Below, piece by piece: positions 9,969 through 20,252 of a stretch of DNA of 64,000 nt (the stretch's first letter is position 1; the number at the start of each line of letters is the position of its first letter). Below the pieces are notes generated by a model, which did not search any database, was not told the DNA's origin, and saw only the letters and a program-made list of their open reading frames with translations. The translations under genes and the position numbers were made by a program. Source of the DNA: an uncultured Bacilli bacterium. GTDB taxonomy: Bacteria > Bacillota_I > Bacilli_A > RF39 > UBA660. Location of the stretch: assembly GCA_910579455.1 (NCBI GenBank), contig CAJTUT010000003.1:11358-75357 (forward strand). The letters are read 5' to 3'.

Positions 9969-10550
9969 TTATAAAATAATATTATCATCATCATCAAATT
10001 GCATTTCAATACACTTTTTACTTGCTAAATAATCGCACATATGAACAAAACTTTGATATTTTGTTTTTGGTTTTTCTAATACTTCTTTTCCTTGATAATC
10101 CGTAGTCCATGGTCCCATATGAGTTTTTATCACCTCACAAACTAACTTTCTTTGCTCATCACTAAGTTCTAAATGATCCTTTTGTTCATCGATATAATTT
10201 GCCATTAAAATCGGATGCTCAAATTTAGTGTATTTACTCTCTTCCCTTCCAAGTTTTAATCCATCATGAATTAAAAGTCCCATTAGCATTAAATCTTTTT
10301 CATCGCTTGTATATTTATCCCCAATAATAGGATTGCTTAATAATTCATACCCAATTCTAAATGCTGCTTTCGAGTGTCGTAAAAGTCCACCCTCTCCTTG
10401 AGCATATTTTGGATGATACTTTCCAGTAGAGGATGCCGCTACTAGAAAAAAATAATCTGGTAGTTTCTCTATCATATAGATAAGAGAATTTTTAATTTTT
10501 TCATTTTTAATACAATTAATTTCCTTAAGAAAATATTCACTATGATTCAT
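9969..10550 (-). CDS. HD-domain phosphohydrolase
   Basis: The His...His-Asp pattern (GKYHP...LLRHS...LLIHDGLK) typical of the HD superfamily. Length 193 aa. Confidence 0.6.
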   Translation of the reverse strand: MNHSEYFLKEINCIKNEKIKNSLIYMIEKLPDYFFLVAASSTGKYHPKYAQGEGGLLRHSKAAFRIGYELLSNPIIGDKYTSDEKDLMLMGLLIHDGLKLGREESKYTKFEHPILMANYIDEQKDHLELSDEQRKLVCEVIKTHMGPWTTDYQGKEVLEKPKTKYQSFVHMCDYLASKKCIEMQFDDDDNIIL

Positions 10551-10557
10551 ACAACAT

Positions 10558-11643
10558 TTACTCCTTTAAAAAATTTACTAAAATCTCATTGCTAATATAC
10601 ATGTTATCAACTGGTATATAAATATTTCCATTATCACATATCAAATTTTGAGATAACAATCTTTCTATTGGAAAGACCTGCTTGATATCTTGATGGTATT
10701 TTTTTCTAAACTCTTCTTTAGAAACTCCTTCTAGTAATCTTAACCCTAAAATCATCTCATAACTCATTATATCAGATTTTTTTAATTTTTCATAATCTAA
10801 AATATATTGATCATCTAAATATTTGCGAATACTACGGGTATTATGAATTCTCCTACTTCCTATATAAGAAGATGCTCCCAAACCAAATCCATAATAATTT
10901 TTATTTTTCCAATAACAAAGATTATGGATAGATTCATAACCTTTTTTACAAAAATTACTAATTTCATAATGAATATAAACATCACCTAATTGATTACAAA
11001 TTAATTGGTACATCTTACTATCTAAATCTTCATCAATATAATTTGTATGATTTATAAATAATTTTGTATGAGGTTCAATTATTAAAGAATAAGTCGAAAT
11101 ATGGGTAGGTTCCAAAGATAAAACAAAAGCTATATCTTGGGCTAATTCCTCCAAAGACTCATTAGGGATTGCGTACATTAAATCAATATTAATATTATAG
11201 AAACCATAAAGTTTACAAAGATGAATCATTTCTCTGATCTCATCTTTAGATGCCTTTCGTTCTAAAAATTTTAAGTTTTTAGAATGAATAGATTCCAATC
11301 CAAAACTTAAACGATTGACACCATACTTCTTAAATAATTTTAGTTTCTCTTCTGTCATGCTTTCAAAGTTACATTCTATTGTATATTCTATTTTTTGGCT
11401 TTGATTAAGAATATCTAAGCTACAAAGTAACCTTTCTAGTTGGTTTACTGTTAACGAAGAGGGCGTTCCACCTCCTATATAAATAGTTTCTAATGTTTCA
11501 CCCCTATAAACTTCCTTTATTTCCTTTTCTAAATGGATTAAATACTGATCTACTAACTCCTCATGATATAATAATTTACAAAAATCACAATAAGAACAAA
11601 TATGACTACAAAAAGGAATATGAATATAGCAATTTTCCATCAT
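10558..11643 (-). CDS. hemW: radical SAM haem chaperone HemW (HemN-like oxygen-independent coproporphyrinogen oxidase family)
   Basis: YIHIPFCSHICSYCDF radical-SAM CxxxCxxC motif at the N-terminus. It sits immediately downstream of lepA, as in Bacillus. Confidence 0.8.
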   Translation of the reverse strand: MMENCYIHIPFCSHICSYCDFCKLLYHEELVDQYLIHLEKEIKEVYRGETLETIYIGGGTPSSLTVNQLERLLCSLDILNQSQKIEYTIECNFESMTEEKLKLFKKYGVNRLSFGLESIHSKNLKFLERKASKDEIREMIHLCKLYGFYNINIDLMYAIPNESLEELAQDIAFVLSLEPTHISTYSLIIEPHTKLFINHTNYIDEDLDSKMYQLICNQLGDVYIHYEISNFCKKGYESIHNLCYWKNKNYYGFGLGASSYIGSRRIHNTRSIRKYLDDQYILDYEKLKKSDIMSYEMILGLRLLEGVSKEEFRKKYHQDIKQVFPIERLLSQNLICDNGNIYIPVDNMYISNEILVNFLKE

Positions 11644-11912
11644 AATCTAAATTCATCAGATTTCGTTAATATCTTCAAGTTTTGATTAATTCTTACTAGC
11701 TGATTTACTAAGTCACTTAAATAAGATTGATTCATTGTATCATTAACATAGCTTAACTCTCGTTTATCATTTTCATTTCTATCAACCATACAAGTAGTAA
11801 ATTCTTTATCAGATATAATAATACATACCTTAAAGAGAAGATTTTCCCTTTTTCCTATTGCGAACAAAGCATTAATAACTAAATTACTTTCTCCTAATAT
11901 ATTCTTTTTCAT
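11640..11912 (-). CDS. hypothetical small protein
   Basis: 90-aa ORF between lepA and hemW with a 4-nt overlap to the hemW start. I recognise no motif. Confidence 0.3.
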   Translation of the reverse strand: MKKNILGESNLVINALFAIGKRENLLFKVCIIISDKEFTTCMVDRNENDKRELSYVNDTMNQSYLSDLVNQLVRINQNLKILTKSDEFRL

Positions 11913-11926
11913 ACAACTACCTCTTT

Positions 11927-13726
11927 TTATGTTTTATTATTGGTGGATAAAATAGATAAAAATGCTTCTTGCGGAACTTCCACACTTCCAACCATTTTCA
12001 TTCTCTTTTTTCCGGCCTTTTGTTTTTCCAATAATTTTTTCTTACGTGTAACGTCCCCTCCATAACATTTTGCTAAAACATTTTTTCTTAATGCTTTAAT
12101 ATTACACCTTGCTATAATATGAGCACCAATAGCAGCTTGAACAGGAACTTCAAATAATTGCCTTGGAATCATTTCTTTTAATTTTTCAACTACTGCCTTT
12201 CCTCTTAAATATGCAAAATCATTATGTACAATAACAGATAAGGCATCTACTATTTCTCCATTCAATAAGATATCCATTTTTACTAAATTACTTTCCTTAT
12301 ATCCAATAAATTCATAGTCAAAAGAAGCATAGCCTTTTGTATAAGACTTTAACTTATCAAAAAAATCGTAAACAATTTCAGAAAGAGGTATTTCATAATA
12401 AATAGTAACTCTATCCTCATCTAAATAGTCCATATTTATAAAATTCCCTCGTCTATCTTGACATAGTTCCATAATAGGGCCTATGAATTGTTTCGGTGAA
12501 AAAATACTTGTTTTTACATAAGGCTCATATGTTTTTGAAATGATACTTCGATCGGGCATTTTATTTGGAGCATCTACTATTATTTTACGCTTATCTGTAA
12601 GCAACACTTCATAAATTACAGAAGGAGAGGTTGCAATTAATTCTATATTAAACTCTCGTTCTATCCTCTCTTCAATAATTTCCATATGTAATAGTCCTAG
12701 AAAACCGCAACGAAAACCAAATCCTAAAGCCTTAGATGTCTCTGATTCAAAAGTAAGGGCCGCATCATTTAATTTTAGTTTTTCTAAAGCTTCTCTTAAA
12801 TCCTCAAAACGGTTGGATTCAATCGGATATAGTCCACAATATACCATAGGTTTCATTTCTTTATACCCTGGAAGCACTATAGAGGCTGGATTACTTTTTA
12901 GGGTAATCGTATCTCCTACTTTTACATCATCAATACTTTTAATTGATGCATATAAATATCCAACCTCCCCAGCAGATAAAGAAGAAACCTCCTTTTCTTT
13001 AGGGGTATCAATACTTAACCCAACTACATCATAAGTAGCGTTAGTCTCCATCATTACAATGATATCACCCACTTTAACTGAACCATCAACTACCCGAATA
13101 CTAGCAATAACTCCTCGATACGGATCAAATACACTATCAAATATTAAAGCCCTTAGAGGAGTATCTTCTCTTCCTGTAGGAGGTGGAATTAACTGTACAA
13201 TAGATTCCAACAACTCATCAATTCCTACACCAGTTTTTGCACTAGTCAAAATAATTTCATGAGTTGAAAAGCCAATATTATCTAATTCTTTTATAACCTT
13301 ATCACAATCTGCATTAGGCAAATCTATTTTATTAATAACAGGAATCACCTTTAAATTATGATCAAGTGCTAAATATAAATTAGCAAGGGTTTGGGCTTCT
13401 ATTCCCTGAGTAGCATCTACCACTAACAAAGCGCCTTCACATGCAGCTAAGCTACGAGATACTTCATAAGAAAAATCAACATGACCTGGAGTATCTATTA
13501 AATGCAGATAGTATTCCTCATTTTGATATTGATACTTAATCTGAACTGCATTTAATTTAATAGTAATACCTCGTTCACGTTCTATTTCCATATCGTCCAG
13601 CATTTGAGATTTTAACTCCCTTTTAGATATAGAACCCGTTTTTTCCAATATTCGATCTGCTAAGGTACTTTTTCCATGATCAATATGTGCAATAATGCAA
13701 AAATTTCTAATGTTTGCTCTTTTCAT
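11927..13726 (-). CDS. lepA: translation elongation factor 4 (LepA)
   Basis: N-terminus [27 protein letters not shown] with G-domain motifs, and the LepA-specific C-terminal region. Length 599 aa. Confidence 0.95.
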   Translation of the reverse strand: MKRANIRNFCIIAHIDHGKSTLADRILEKTGSISKRELKSQMLDDMEIERERGITIKLNAVQIKYQYQNEEYYLHLIDTPGHVDFSYEVSRSLAACEGALLVVDATQGIEAQTLANLYLALDHNLKVIPVINKIDLPNADCDKVIKELDNIGFSTHEIILTSAKTGVGIDELLESIVQLIPPPTGREDTPLRALIFDSVFDPYRGVIASIRVVDGSVKVGDIIVMMETNATYDVVGLSIDTPKEKEVSSLSAGEVGYLYASIKSIDDVKVGDTITLKSNPASIVLPGYKEMKPMVYCGLYPIESNRFEDLREALEKLKLNDAALTFESETSKALGFGFRCGFLGLLHMEIIEERIEREFNIELIATSPSVIYEVLLTDKRKIIVDAPNKMPDRSIISKTYEPYVKTSIFSPKQFIGPIMELCQDRRGNFINMDYLDEDRVTIYYEIPLSEIVYDFFDKLKSYTKGYASFDYEFIGYKESNLVKMDILLNGEIVDALSVIVHNDFAYLRGKAVVEKLKEMIPRQLFEVPVQAAIGAHIIARCNIKALRKNVLAKCYGGDVTRKKKLLEKQKAGKKRMKMVGSVEVPQEAFLSILSTNNKT

Positions 13727-13919
13727 AAAATACCTCCTAATCTAATATTATTATAACAAAAAAACTCGGTTTCGTCCAAGCTTTGCATATAAATGATAGT
13801 GTTTCCAAAGTATATGGAAATAGAAATCCTACCCCCTATAAAATAAAAAAACGGTTAAAAAACTAAAAAATGATTTATAATTGAGTTGTCTAAAAAACAA
13901 TAAAAAGCGAGGTTTTAAC

Positions 13920-14249
13920 CTATTCATCTACTGCCTTGCTTACCTCATTAAAGATAAATTTCATAACAGACTCAAATACACTTCCAATCGCACTAGATAA
14001 TAAAACACCTCCTTTGGACATTTTATTATTATAATCATTCTCTTCTTTCATATAATCACTAGCTTTTACCTTTTTACCAGCTTTTAAATCCTTTTCAAAC
14101 TGCTCCACAGCCTTTTCTGTCAAAGTATTTGTTTTTCTGTTTGTATATTCATAATATCCTGTAGCCTGAGTAATATATAATACTGTATATAAAATAATCA
14201 ATGTAAAAATAATAACCCTAAAAATATTTTTACCCTTCATGGCTTGCAA
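13920..14249 (-). CDS. small membrane protein in the yqxA position between spoIIP and lepA
   Basis: N-terminal TM helix. Its position matches Bacillus yqxA, and it overlaps the spoIIP stop. Confidence 0.35.
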   Translation of the reverse strand: MQAMKGKNIFRVIIFTLIILYTVLYITQATGYYEYTNRKTNTLTEKAVEQFEKDLKAGKKVKASDYMKEENDYNNKMSKGGVLLSSAIGSVFESVMKFIFNEVSKAVDE

Positions 14250-15150
14250 TCACCTCCATAAAACATTCGGAAAATGCAAGCGTTGAATTCAAAACTTCAG
14301 TAGTAGTATTATCCACTCCCCCAATTTCTATTAAAATCGTATATTTTGAATGGTCCTGGTTATAAACCCCATTTACCCCCTCTCCTCCTTTTTTATAAAT
14401 TCCCTTGGATAGATTAGGATATTTTTCATTTAATTTATCATTAATTTTTGTTATGAATTCTAAATTTTCTTGATAATTAGGATTCTCCATACCCAATAAG
14501 AAAATCGTTTTAGCATAGCTTTTACCATGAATCTCCACCGTCGTTTTCTCCTTCGTTAAAGAATCTCTATGAACATCAATAAAGTACTTTAAAGAGGAAT
14601 GAGTATTTTTACTATCCTCCAAATACATTCTACTCGCCTCATAACTTTTATAATACTTCCAATGATTTTTATTTAAAAGTTCCTTCATACTTCTTTCTTC
14701 CACCAATGTCGGAAACTTATTCTTATTAAAGACATCCTTTAAAATATAAGATGACATCATGACAGAGGGAGTAACTTCACTTTCAACAAATGTAGAAGCG
14801 GCATATTTTTCTTCCTGATGAGTATTATAAATATAAATTAAATAATCATCACTTTTTGAATCTATCTTTTTAGTTTTCTTAGGAACTAAATCATAATAGC
14901 TAGTGGATAATAAATCAACTGGAGAGTAATCTTTTTTTAAATTATGAAATAATTCTCGAAAAATGCTATTATCATATTTTAAATCTGCAAGTAAAAATTT
15001 AACAAGATTTTTATCATCAATCTTAACAGAAGAATCAAGTAAAGTCTTAAAAGTAGACACCACAGTAATAATAAAAATCAAAAGAAAAAGAAGAAATTTA
15101 TATTTTAATTTCTTTTTCTTCTTTCCCTTACTTGTAAATCTTTTCCTCAT
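14230..15150 (-). CDS. spoIIP: stage II sporulation protein P (SpoIIP)-like
   Basis: Signal anchor MRKRFTSKGKKKKK...LLIFIITVV and a C-terminal ILIEIGGVDNTTTEV block. It lies immediately downstream of gpr, as in Bacillus and Clostridium. I chose the start at the internal Met to avoid an overlap with gpr. Confidence 0.65.
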   Translation of the reverse strand: MRKRFTSKGKKKKKLKYKFLLFLLIFIITVVSTFKTLLDSSVKIDDKNLVKFLLADLKYDNSIFRELFHNLKKDYSPVDLLSTSYYDLVPKKTKKIDSKSDDYLIYIYNTHQEEKYAASTFVESEVTPSVMMSSYILKDVFNKNKFPTLVEERSMKELLNKNHWKYYKSYEASRMYLEDSKNTHSSLKYFIDVHRDSLTKEKTTVEIHGKSYAKTIFLLGMENPNYQENLEFITKINDKLNEKYPNLSKGIYKKGGEGVNGVYNQDHSKYTILIEIGGVDNTTTEVLNSTLAFSECFMEVIASHEG

Positions 15151-15187
15151 AGTATCACCTAATAGAATCATACTATAAGTCTTCTTT

Positions 15188-16228
15188 TTAATTTGTCGGA
15201 TTATAAGAATCATGTAAAACTTTATTAATAGCAGTTCCAATTAATAAAGACATTTTATCCATAATAAAGTCAACTTCCTTAGGGGTTACCATTAAATTAT
15301 AATCAATAGGAGATAAAACCTCGAAAATCAACTTTTTTAAATCCTCTTCCTCTAGCGATCCTACCATTCCTAAGACCTTTTCCTTATTCTCCTTAGATAA
15401 TTCTTTATTATTTTCTAAGTAGTTTTGATGAAGATTATCTACAAATTTTAATTTCTTATTATCTAAATTTTCTAGTTTATAACTAAACTGACGCATCATA
15501 TATTTAAATGTATCAGAAACAATGGTAACAGCATCTACTATTGTTGGCACTCCAAGTACAATTACGGGGATTCCAAAAGTATCACTAGAAATTTCTTCTC
15601 TATCATTTCCAACACCACTTCCAGGCATAATACCTGCATCAGTAATTTGAATCGTTTTATTCACTCTATCAATGGAAGATGAGGCCAGAGCATCAATTAA
15701 AATTAAAAAATCTGGTTTTGAGACATTGACAACTCCCTCAATTAATTTTTTTGTTTCAATTCCTGTTACTCCTGTAACTCCTGGTTTAAAAGAGGATGTA
15801 TTACGATATCCCTCCTCTACTTCTCCTAAATCAAATAAATATCTAGTAACTAAGATATGATCTAATACCTTAGGTCCTAAACTATCTGGGGTAGATTTAT
15901 GATTACCAAGACCTATAATTAAACAAGTAGATTTCTTATCGATTCCGACTTTCCTTAATAATTGCTTTAACTCTTGAATCAAAACATTTTCTACTTTTTT
16001 ATGATTGGTTTTATCGGTAATGTCCTTGAAAGATATAGTCTTATAAATCCCAGACTTTTTTCCATATAATTTTTCTCCCTCCTGATCAATGATTACCTCC
16101 TCTACTGTAATATCTTCTTCTTTTCTAGTAATACTTTTTATTCCCTTATTTTCTTTAGAAGTATCAATAGTATCTACAATAATATCTGTCCTAAGAGTTG
16201 TATTTTTTAAATCTATCTCATGCTTCAC
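15188..16228 (-). CDS. gpr: germination protease (GPR endopeptidase)
   Basis: IIGLGNHKSTPDSLGPKV and DALASSSIDRVNKTIQITD motifs of peptidase A25. It is divergent from rpsT, as in Bacillus. Confidence 0.75.
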   Translation of the reverse strand: MKHEIDLKNTTLRTDIIVDTIDTSKENKGIKSITRKEEDITVEEVIIDQEGEKLYGKKSGIYKTISFKDITDKTNHKKVENVLIQELKQLLRKVGIDKKSTCLIIGLGNHKSTPDSLGPKVLDHILVTRYLFDLGEVEEGYRNTSSFKPGVTGVTGIETKKLIEGVVNVSKPDFLILIDALASSSIDRVNKTIQITDAGIMPGSGVGNDREEISSDTFGIPVIVLGVPTIVDAVTIVSDTFKYMMRQFSYKLENLDNKKLKFVDNLHQNYLENNKELSKENKEKVLGMVGSLEEEDLKKLIFEVLSPIDYNLMVTPKEVDFIMDKMSLLIGTAINKVLHDSYNPTN

Positions 16229-16332
16229 TTATAATCACCTATTAATAATATAAACAAAAATTTAATTTTTATTTGCTTTTTTGCATATTTTTTGATAGAA
16301 TGAATGTGTTTACAAAAAGTGAGGTGAGAAAA

Positions 16333-16596
16333 ATGCCAAATATTAAAAGTGCGAAAAAACGTATGCGCTCTAATGCAAAAAAAGAAGTCGTAAATACTTA
16401 TATAACATCCAGTATGAGAACAGCTATAAAGAAATTTGAAAAGACTGTCAAAGAAGGAAACGCAGAAGATGCTAAAAGAAATTTAAATATAGCAATTCAA
16501 AGAATTGACAAGGCAAAAAAGAATGGACTAATCCACCAAAATAAGGCAAGTCGTTTAAAATCTAGACTAACCAAGGAAAAAAATGCAATGAAGTAA
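16333..16596 (+). CDS. rpsT: 30S ribosomal protein S20
   Basis: MPNIKSAKKRMRSNAKKE... following a GAGGTGAG RBS. I rejected the longer ORF-track start. Confidence 0.9.
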   Translation: MPNIKSAKKRMRSNAKKEVVNTYITSSMRTAIKKFEKTVKEGNAEDAKRNLNIAIQRIDKAKKNGLIHQNKASRLKSRLTKEKNAMK

Positions 16597-16643
16597 TGGA
16601 AGTTACTTCTTTTTTATGTTATAATCAGAGTGGTGAATAATAA

Positions 16644-17552
16644 ATGAAGAAATTTTTAGTAACAGGTTTTTTATTAATAATATTTGGAATTACACTTCTT
16701 TATAAAGAACAAATTCTAAAATTCTACTATGACTACTTTGTAAAAGAAACGAAAGAAGTACGTTTAGGTAAAAAAAATAAATATTATAGAAATTACGATT
16801 TTTTATATGTACAAAATACAAATAATTTCAAACCAAAAAACAAACAAGAACTATTAAATATTTTTTATACCATATTAAATGCTGGAAAAGATAAATTTAC
16901 CTTTTATTGTCCAGAAGAGTATAATTCTTGTTTAGATGATGTAAAATCTTTAGCAAAAGATCAAATAACACTATCTCATATTAATAACTATGTACATCCA
17001 TTCAATAGCTTTAAAAATATCTCAACCCAAACAGACACCTTGGGAACTATTACTGTCAATGTCAAAAAGGCATATTCTGATACTGATATTAGACTAATTG
17101 AAGAAGCTATTAAGAATATTGAAAAAGAAGTCTTAGATCCAAATCTTCCAACAGAAGATCAGATTAGAAAAATACATGACTATATTATTGATAATTCAAA
17201 ATATGATTCTAACAGAACGGATAATAATATTATTGAATATAAATCAGATATTGCCTATGGACCATTAATAGAGGGATATGGTATTTGTGGTGGTTATTCA
17301 GATGCTATGGAACTATTTTTAGACCGCTTAAATATTAAAAGTTATAAAGTATCTAGCGAAGCTCATGTATGGAATGCTGTTAATCTATATGACGCTTGGT
17401 ATCATCTCGATTTAACATGGGATGATCCAGTAACAGATACAGGAACTGATCTACTAGAGGATAAATTTTTTCTAATTTCCACTGCTCAATTACAGCAACT
17501 AGAAAAAACACAACACAATTTTGATTTGAATGCTTATAAAGAATTTGCCTAA
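16644..17552 (+). CDS. transglutaminase-like cysteine peptidase-domain protein with an N-terminal membrane anchor
   Basis: GICGGYSDAMELF...SEAHVWNAV...LDLTWDD, the Cys-His-Asp core of the transglutaminase-like superfamily. Confidence 0.6.
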   Translation: MKKFLVTGFLLIIFGITLLYKEQILKFYYDYFVKETKEVRLGKKNKYYRNYDFLYVQNTNNFKPKNKQELLNIFYTILNAGKDKFTFYCPEEYNSCLDDVKSLAKDQITLSHINNYVHPFNSFKNISTQTDTLGTITVNVKKAYSDTDIRLIEEAIKNIEKEVLDPNLPTEDQIRKIHDYIIDNSKYDSNRTDNNIIEYKSDIAYGPLIEGYGICGGYSDAMELFLDRLNIKSYKVSSEAHVWNAVNLYDAWYHLDLTWDDPVTDTGTDLLEDKFFLISTAQLQQLEKTQHNFDLNAYKEFA

Positions 17553-17795
17553 GCACTAATTGAAACTTTAATTATTTGATAAACTTATATATATATAAGG
17601 TGCCATAGCATTACTCGTTGAAAAAACAGCCTGTATGCTTTTTTTGTTACAAAATAAGCAAATCATAGTACTATTAAAAAAATTTGGATAATTCTAGATC
17701 AATGAACTAATAGATATGATATTTAGAAATAAAGGTTTTATGATAGATAAGAATAAAATTATTATTCTCCAATTTAAATTTCTCTATTTACCAAT

Positions 17796-17830
17796 AAAAA
17801 AACTGCTACTCTCCATAGCAGTTTTTTTAT
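17796..17830. terminator. bidirectional rho-independent terminator
   Basis: CTGCTA-ctctcca-TAGCAG hairpin flanked by an A-run on the 5' side and a T-run on the 3' side (AAAAAACTGCTACTCTCCATAGCAGTTTTTTTATT). Confidence 0.6.
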
Positions 17831-17994
17831 TCCATATCTTCTAATTTGTTTAACATTTTACCAGCAGCATTTTTTGCAGCTGTTTTTACATCCTCTAAAG
17901 CATCAGGATTTTTTTTCTTATACATCATCCAAGATGCAAAACCAGTACCTATAATAGCTGTCATTGCAAGTGCTTTTTTCATATTTTTTTTCAT
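17827..17994 (-). CDS. small hypothetical protein (55 aa)
   Basis: MKKNMKKALAMTAIIGTGFASWMMYKKKNPDALEDVKTAAKNAAGKMLNKLEDME. It ends in the terminator hairpin and is not in the ORF track because it is under 60 aa. Confidence 0.35.
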   Translation of the reverse strand: MKKNMKKALAMTAIIGTGFASWMMYKKKNPDALEDVKTAAKNAAGKMLNKLEDME

Positions 17995-18055
17995 AATTTT
18001 ATCACCTCTTTAGAAAATATGTAGTACAATGTACCATTATTATTATGAGAATGTT

Positions 18056-20251
18056 CTAATAGTTTATACCATTTTTTAGAAATTCTTTTATCGTAGTATT
18101 TCTAATATCTACTTTAATATTTTGAATAGCAATACCTAAAGCAGTATAATCACCAATTAAATACAATTTCTTCTTACTTCTAGTAATAGCTGTGTAAATT
18201 AACTTTCGATATAACATTTTATGGAATCCCCTAACAATAGGAATTACTACAACATCAAATTCACTGCCTTGAGATTTGTGAACACTGATCGCATAAGCCA
18301 GTTTAAAATTACTGAAATTGCTTGGAGTATATCTTACCAAATTCCCATCAAAATTAATAATAATTTCTTTTCCTTTTTTTTGACTTATTTTATGAATAAT
18401 TCCAATATCACCATTATAAACGTTATCATCAGGCTGATTAGTCAACTGAATGACTTTATCTTGCTCACGATAAACTACTTCCCCCACTTTAATTTCGTTC
18501 TTTTCACCTGAGCTTGAATTAAATATATTCTGTAAACTTAAATTAATCTGATCAATGCCACAATCTGTTTTATACATAGGTGCTAAAACTTGAAATTTTT
18601 TATAACCTAAATCCTGATAAGTAGATGCTATATCACAAATATTTGATAATACTAAATCTGAGTAACATTCAATAAAAGTCAAATCATCCTTTTGATTAAA
18701 GATGCTTTTATCAAATTCTCCATCTTTTATATGATAAGCTAAACGAATGATATTAGAATCCTCTCCCTGCCTATACAATTTATTTAAATAACATACATTT
18801 AATACGTTACTACTAATTGCATCGTGAAGAAGTTGACCTGCTCCTACACTAGGCAGTTGATCATAATCGCCAATTAAGATAATTCTGGTATTTACACTAA
18901 CACCCTTTAACAAATTATTGAATAAATAAGTGTCGATCATACTAGCCTCATCGACAATCAAAATTTTTACATTACTCTTATTATACTCATTAATTAAAAA
19001 AGTATCAGTATCTTTATTCCATTTTAAAAATCGATGAATAGTGGAAGCTTGGAATAAAGTTGTTTCATTCATCCTTTTTGCGGCTCTTCCTGTAGGTGCT
19101 AAAAGGGCAATATTCTCCTCTATTTCCCTATTATTCCACTTATAAATTCTCCGATATAACTCTACAATTGCCTTTAAAATTGTAGTTTTCCCTGTACCAG
19201 GTCCACCAGTAATAATTAGTAAATTTTTAAGAATCGAATTTTTAATTGCTTCTTTTTGTGAAAGATTATAATGAATAGACATTTCTTGTTCTAACAACTC
19301 TAATTCTTGATCCAAATTTCTACAAAAATTATCTGCTTGATGGGTTAATAACAAAAATCTAGATGCTATTAATACCTCTGCATCAAACATATTCTTTAAA
19401 TAATAATTTTCTTGGTACTCTACAATCTTTAAATTTTTCTTTAAAGAGTCTAAACGATCTATAAATTTTTGTTCTTCTATCTGAAATCCTAATATTCTAG
19501 GTAAATACATATAAATATCGCTATATTTAAAATAACTATGCCCAAAGGCATTAGAAAGTTCGTTCATAATATAAATAATAATAGCATCAATCCGAATATC
19601 GGCATCCTTCTTTATATTTAACTTTTGTGCAATAAGGTCAATTTTTTTAAAAGTCATTTCACCCATATCCTCAATTAACTGATATATATTATCCTCCACC
19701 TTTAAAATAGAATCATTTTGGTACTTATGATAAATCATAATGCTATCCTTTGTACTAAATCCTATTTTATTTAAATACAAAATTGTTTCATAGCTAGATT
19801 CATATTCCAAAAGCCCTTGATGAAGAATATCTACATTTTTTTTAGTAATAGTAGGAATTAATAATAAATTAGAAGGATGATTTGTAATGATATCAAAAGT
19901 ATCCCTCCCCAATACTTTTACAATTTTCTTTGCCTTTTGCTCTCCAATCCCCTTAAATAAACCAGAAGATAAAAATTCTATAATAGCGTCTTTTTCTACA
20001 GGTCTTGTAATTTCATATTTTTCAACTTGAAATTGATCTCCATATTTAGGATGAATAACAAACTTACCATAGAAAATATAAGTATCAATTTCATTTAAAT
20101 CATGAAAATAGCCTGTAAAAGTTAATGTTCTTCCTACATACTCTAATAATGAATCCACATTCGTTTCGTTTAATTTAAAAATACCAATAGTATAGCCATT
20201 ATCTCCCTGAAAAATACTTTTTCGGTATTGTCCCTTAATATAACTTTCCAT
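18056..20251 (-). CDS. recD2: RecD2-type ATP-dependent DNA helicase (RecD/TraA family)
   Basis: Walker A ITGGPGTGKTT, Walker B ILIVDEASMID, and a C-terminal SF1 helicase and SH3-like region. It is downstream of mtaB, as in Bacillus yqeV-yrrC-like arrangements. Confidence 0.8.
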   Translation of the reverse strand: MESYIKGQYRKSIFQGDNGYTIGIFKLNETNVDSLLEYVGRTLTFTGYFHDLNEIDTYIFYGKFVIHPKYGDQFQVEKYEITRPVEKDAIIEFLSSGLFKGIGEQKAKKIVKVLGRDTFDIITNHPSNLLLIPTITKKNVDILHQGLLEYESSYETILYLNKIGFSTKDSIMIYHKYQNDSILKVEDNIYQLIEDMGEMTFKKIDLIAQKLNIKKDADIRIDAIIIYIMNELSNAFGHSYFKYSDIYMYLPRILGFQIEEQKFIDRLDSLKKNLKIVEYQENYYLKNMFDAEVLIASRFLLLTHQADNFCRNLDQELELLEQEMSIHYNLSQKEAIKNSILKNLLIITGGPGTGKTTILKAIVELYRRIYKWNNREIEENIALLAPTGRAAKRMNETTLFQASTIHRFLKWNKDTDTFLINEYNKSNVKILIVDEASMIDTYLFNNLLKGVSVNTRIILIGDYDQLPSVGAGQLLHDAISSNVLNVCYLNKLYRQGEDSNIIRLAYHIKDGEFDKSIFNQKDDLTFIECYSDLVLSNICDIASTYQDLGYKKFQVLAPMYKTDCGIDQINLSLQNIFNSSSGEKNEIKVGEVVYREQDKVIQLTNQPDDNVYNGDIGIIHKISQKKGKEIIINFDGNLVRYTPSNFSNFKLAYAISVHKSQGSEFDVVVIPIVRGFHKMLYRKLIYTAITRSKKKLYLIGDYTALGIAIQNIKVDIRNTTIKEFLKNGINY

Positions 20252-20252
20252 A

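Noticed and set aside
16273-16332. Longer N-terminal extension of rpsT proposed by the ORF track
   Set aside because: The S20 family begins at MPNIKSAKKR, and a GAGGTGAG RBS precedes that ATG. The extension has no homology.
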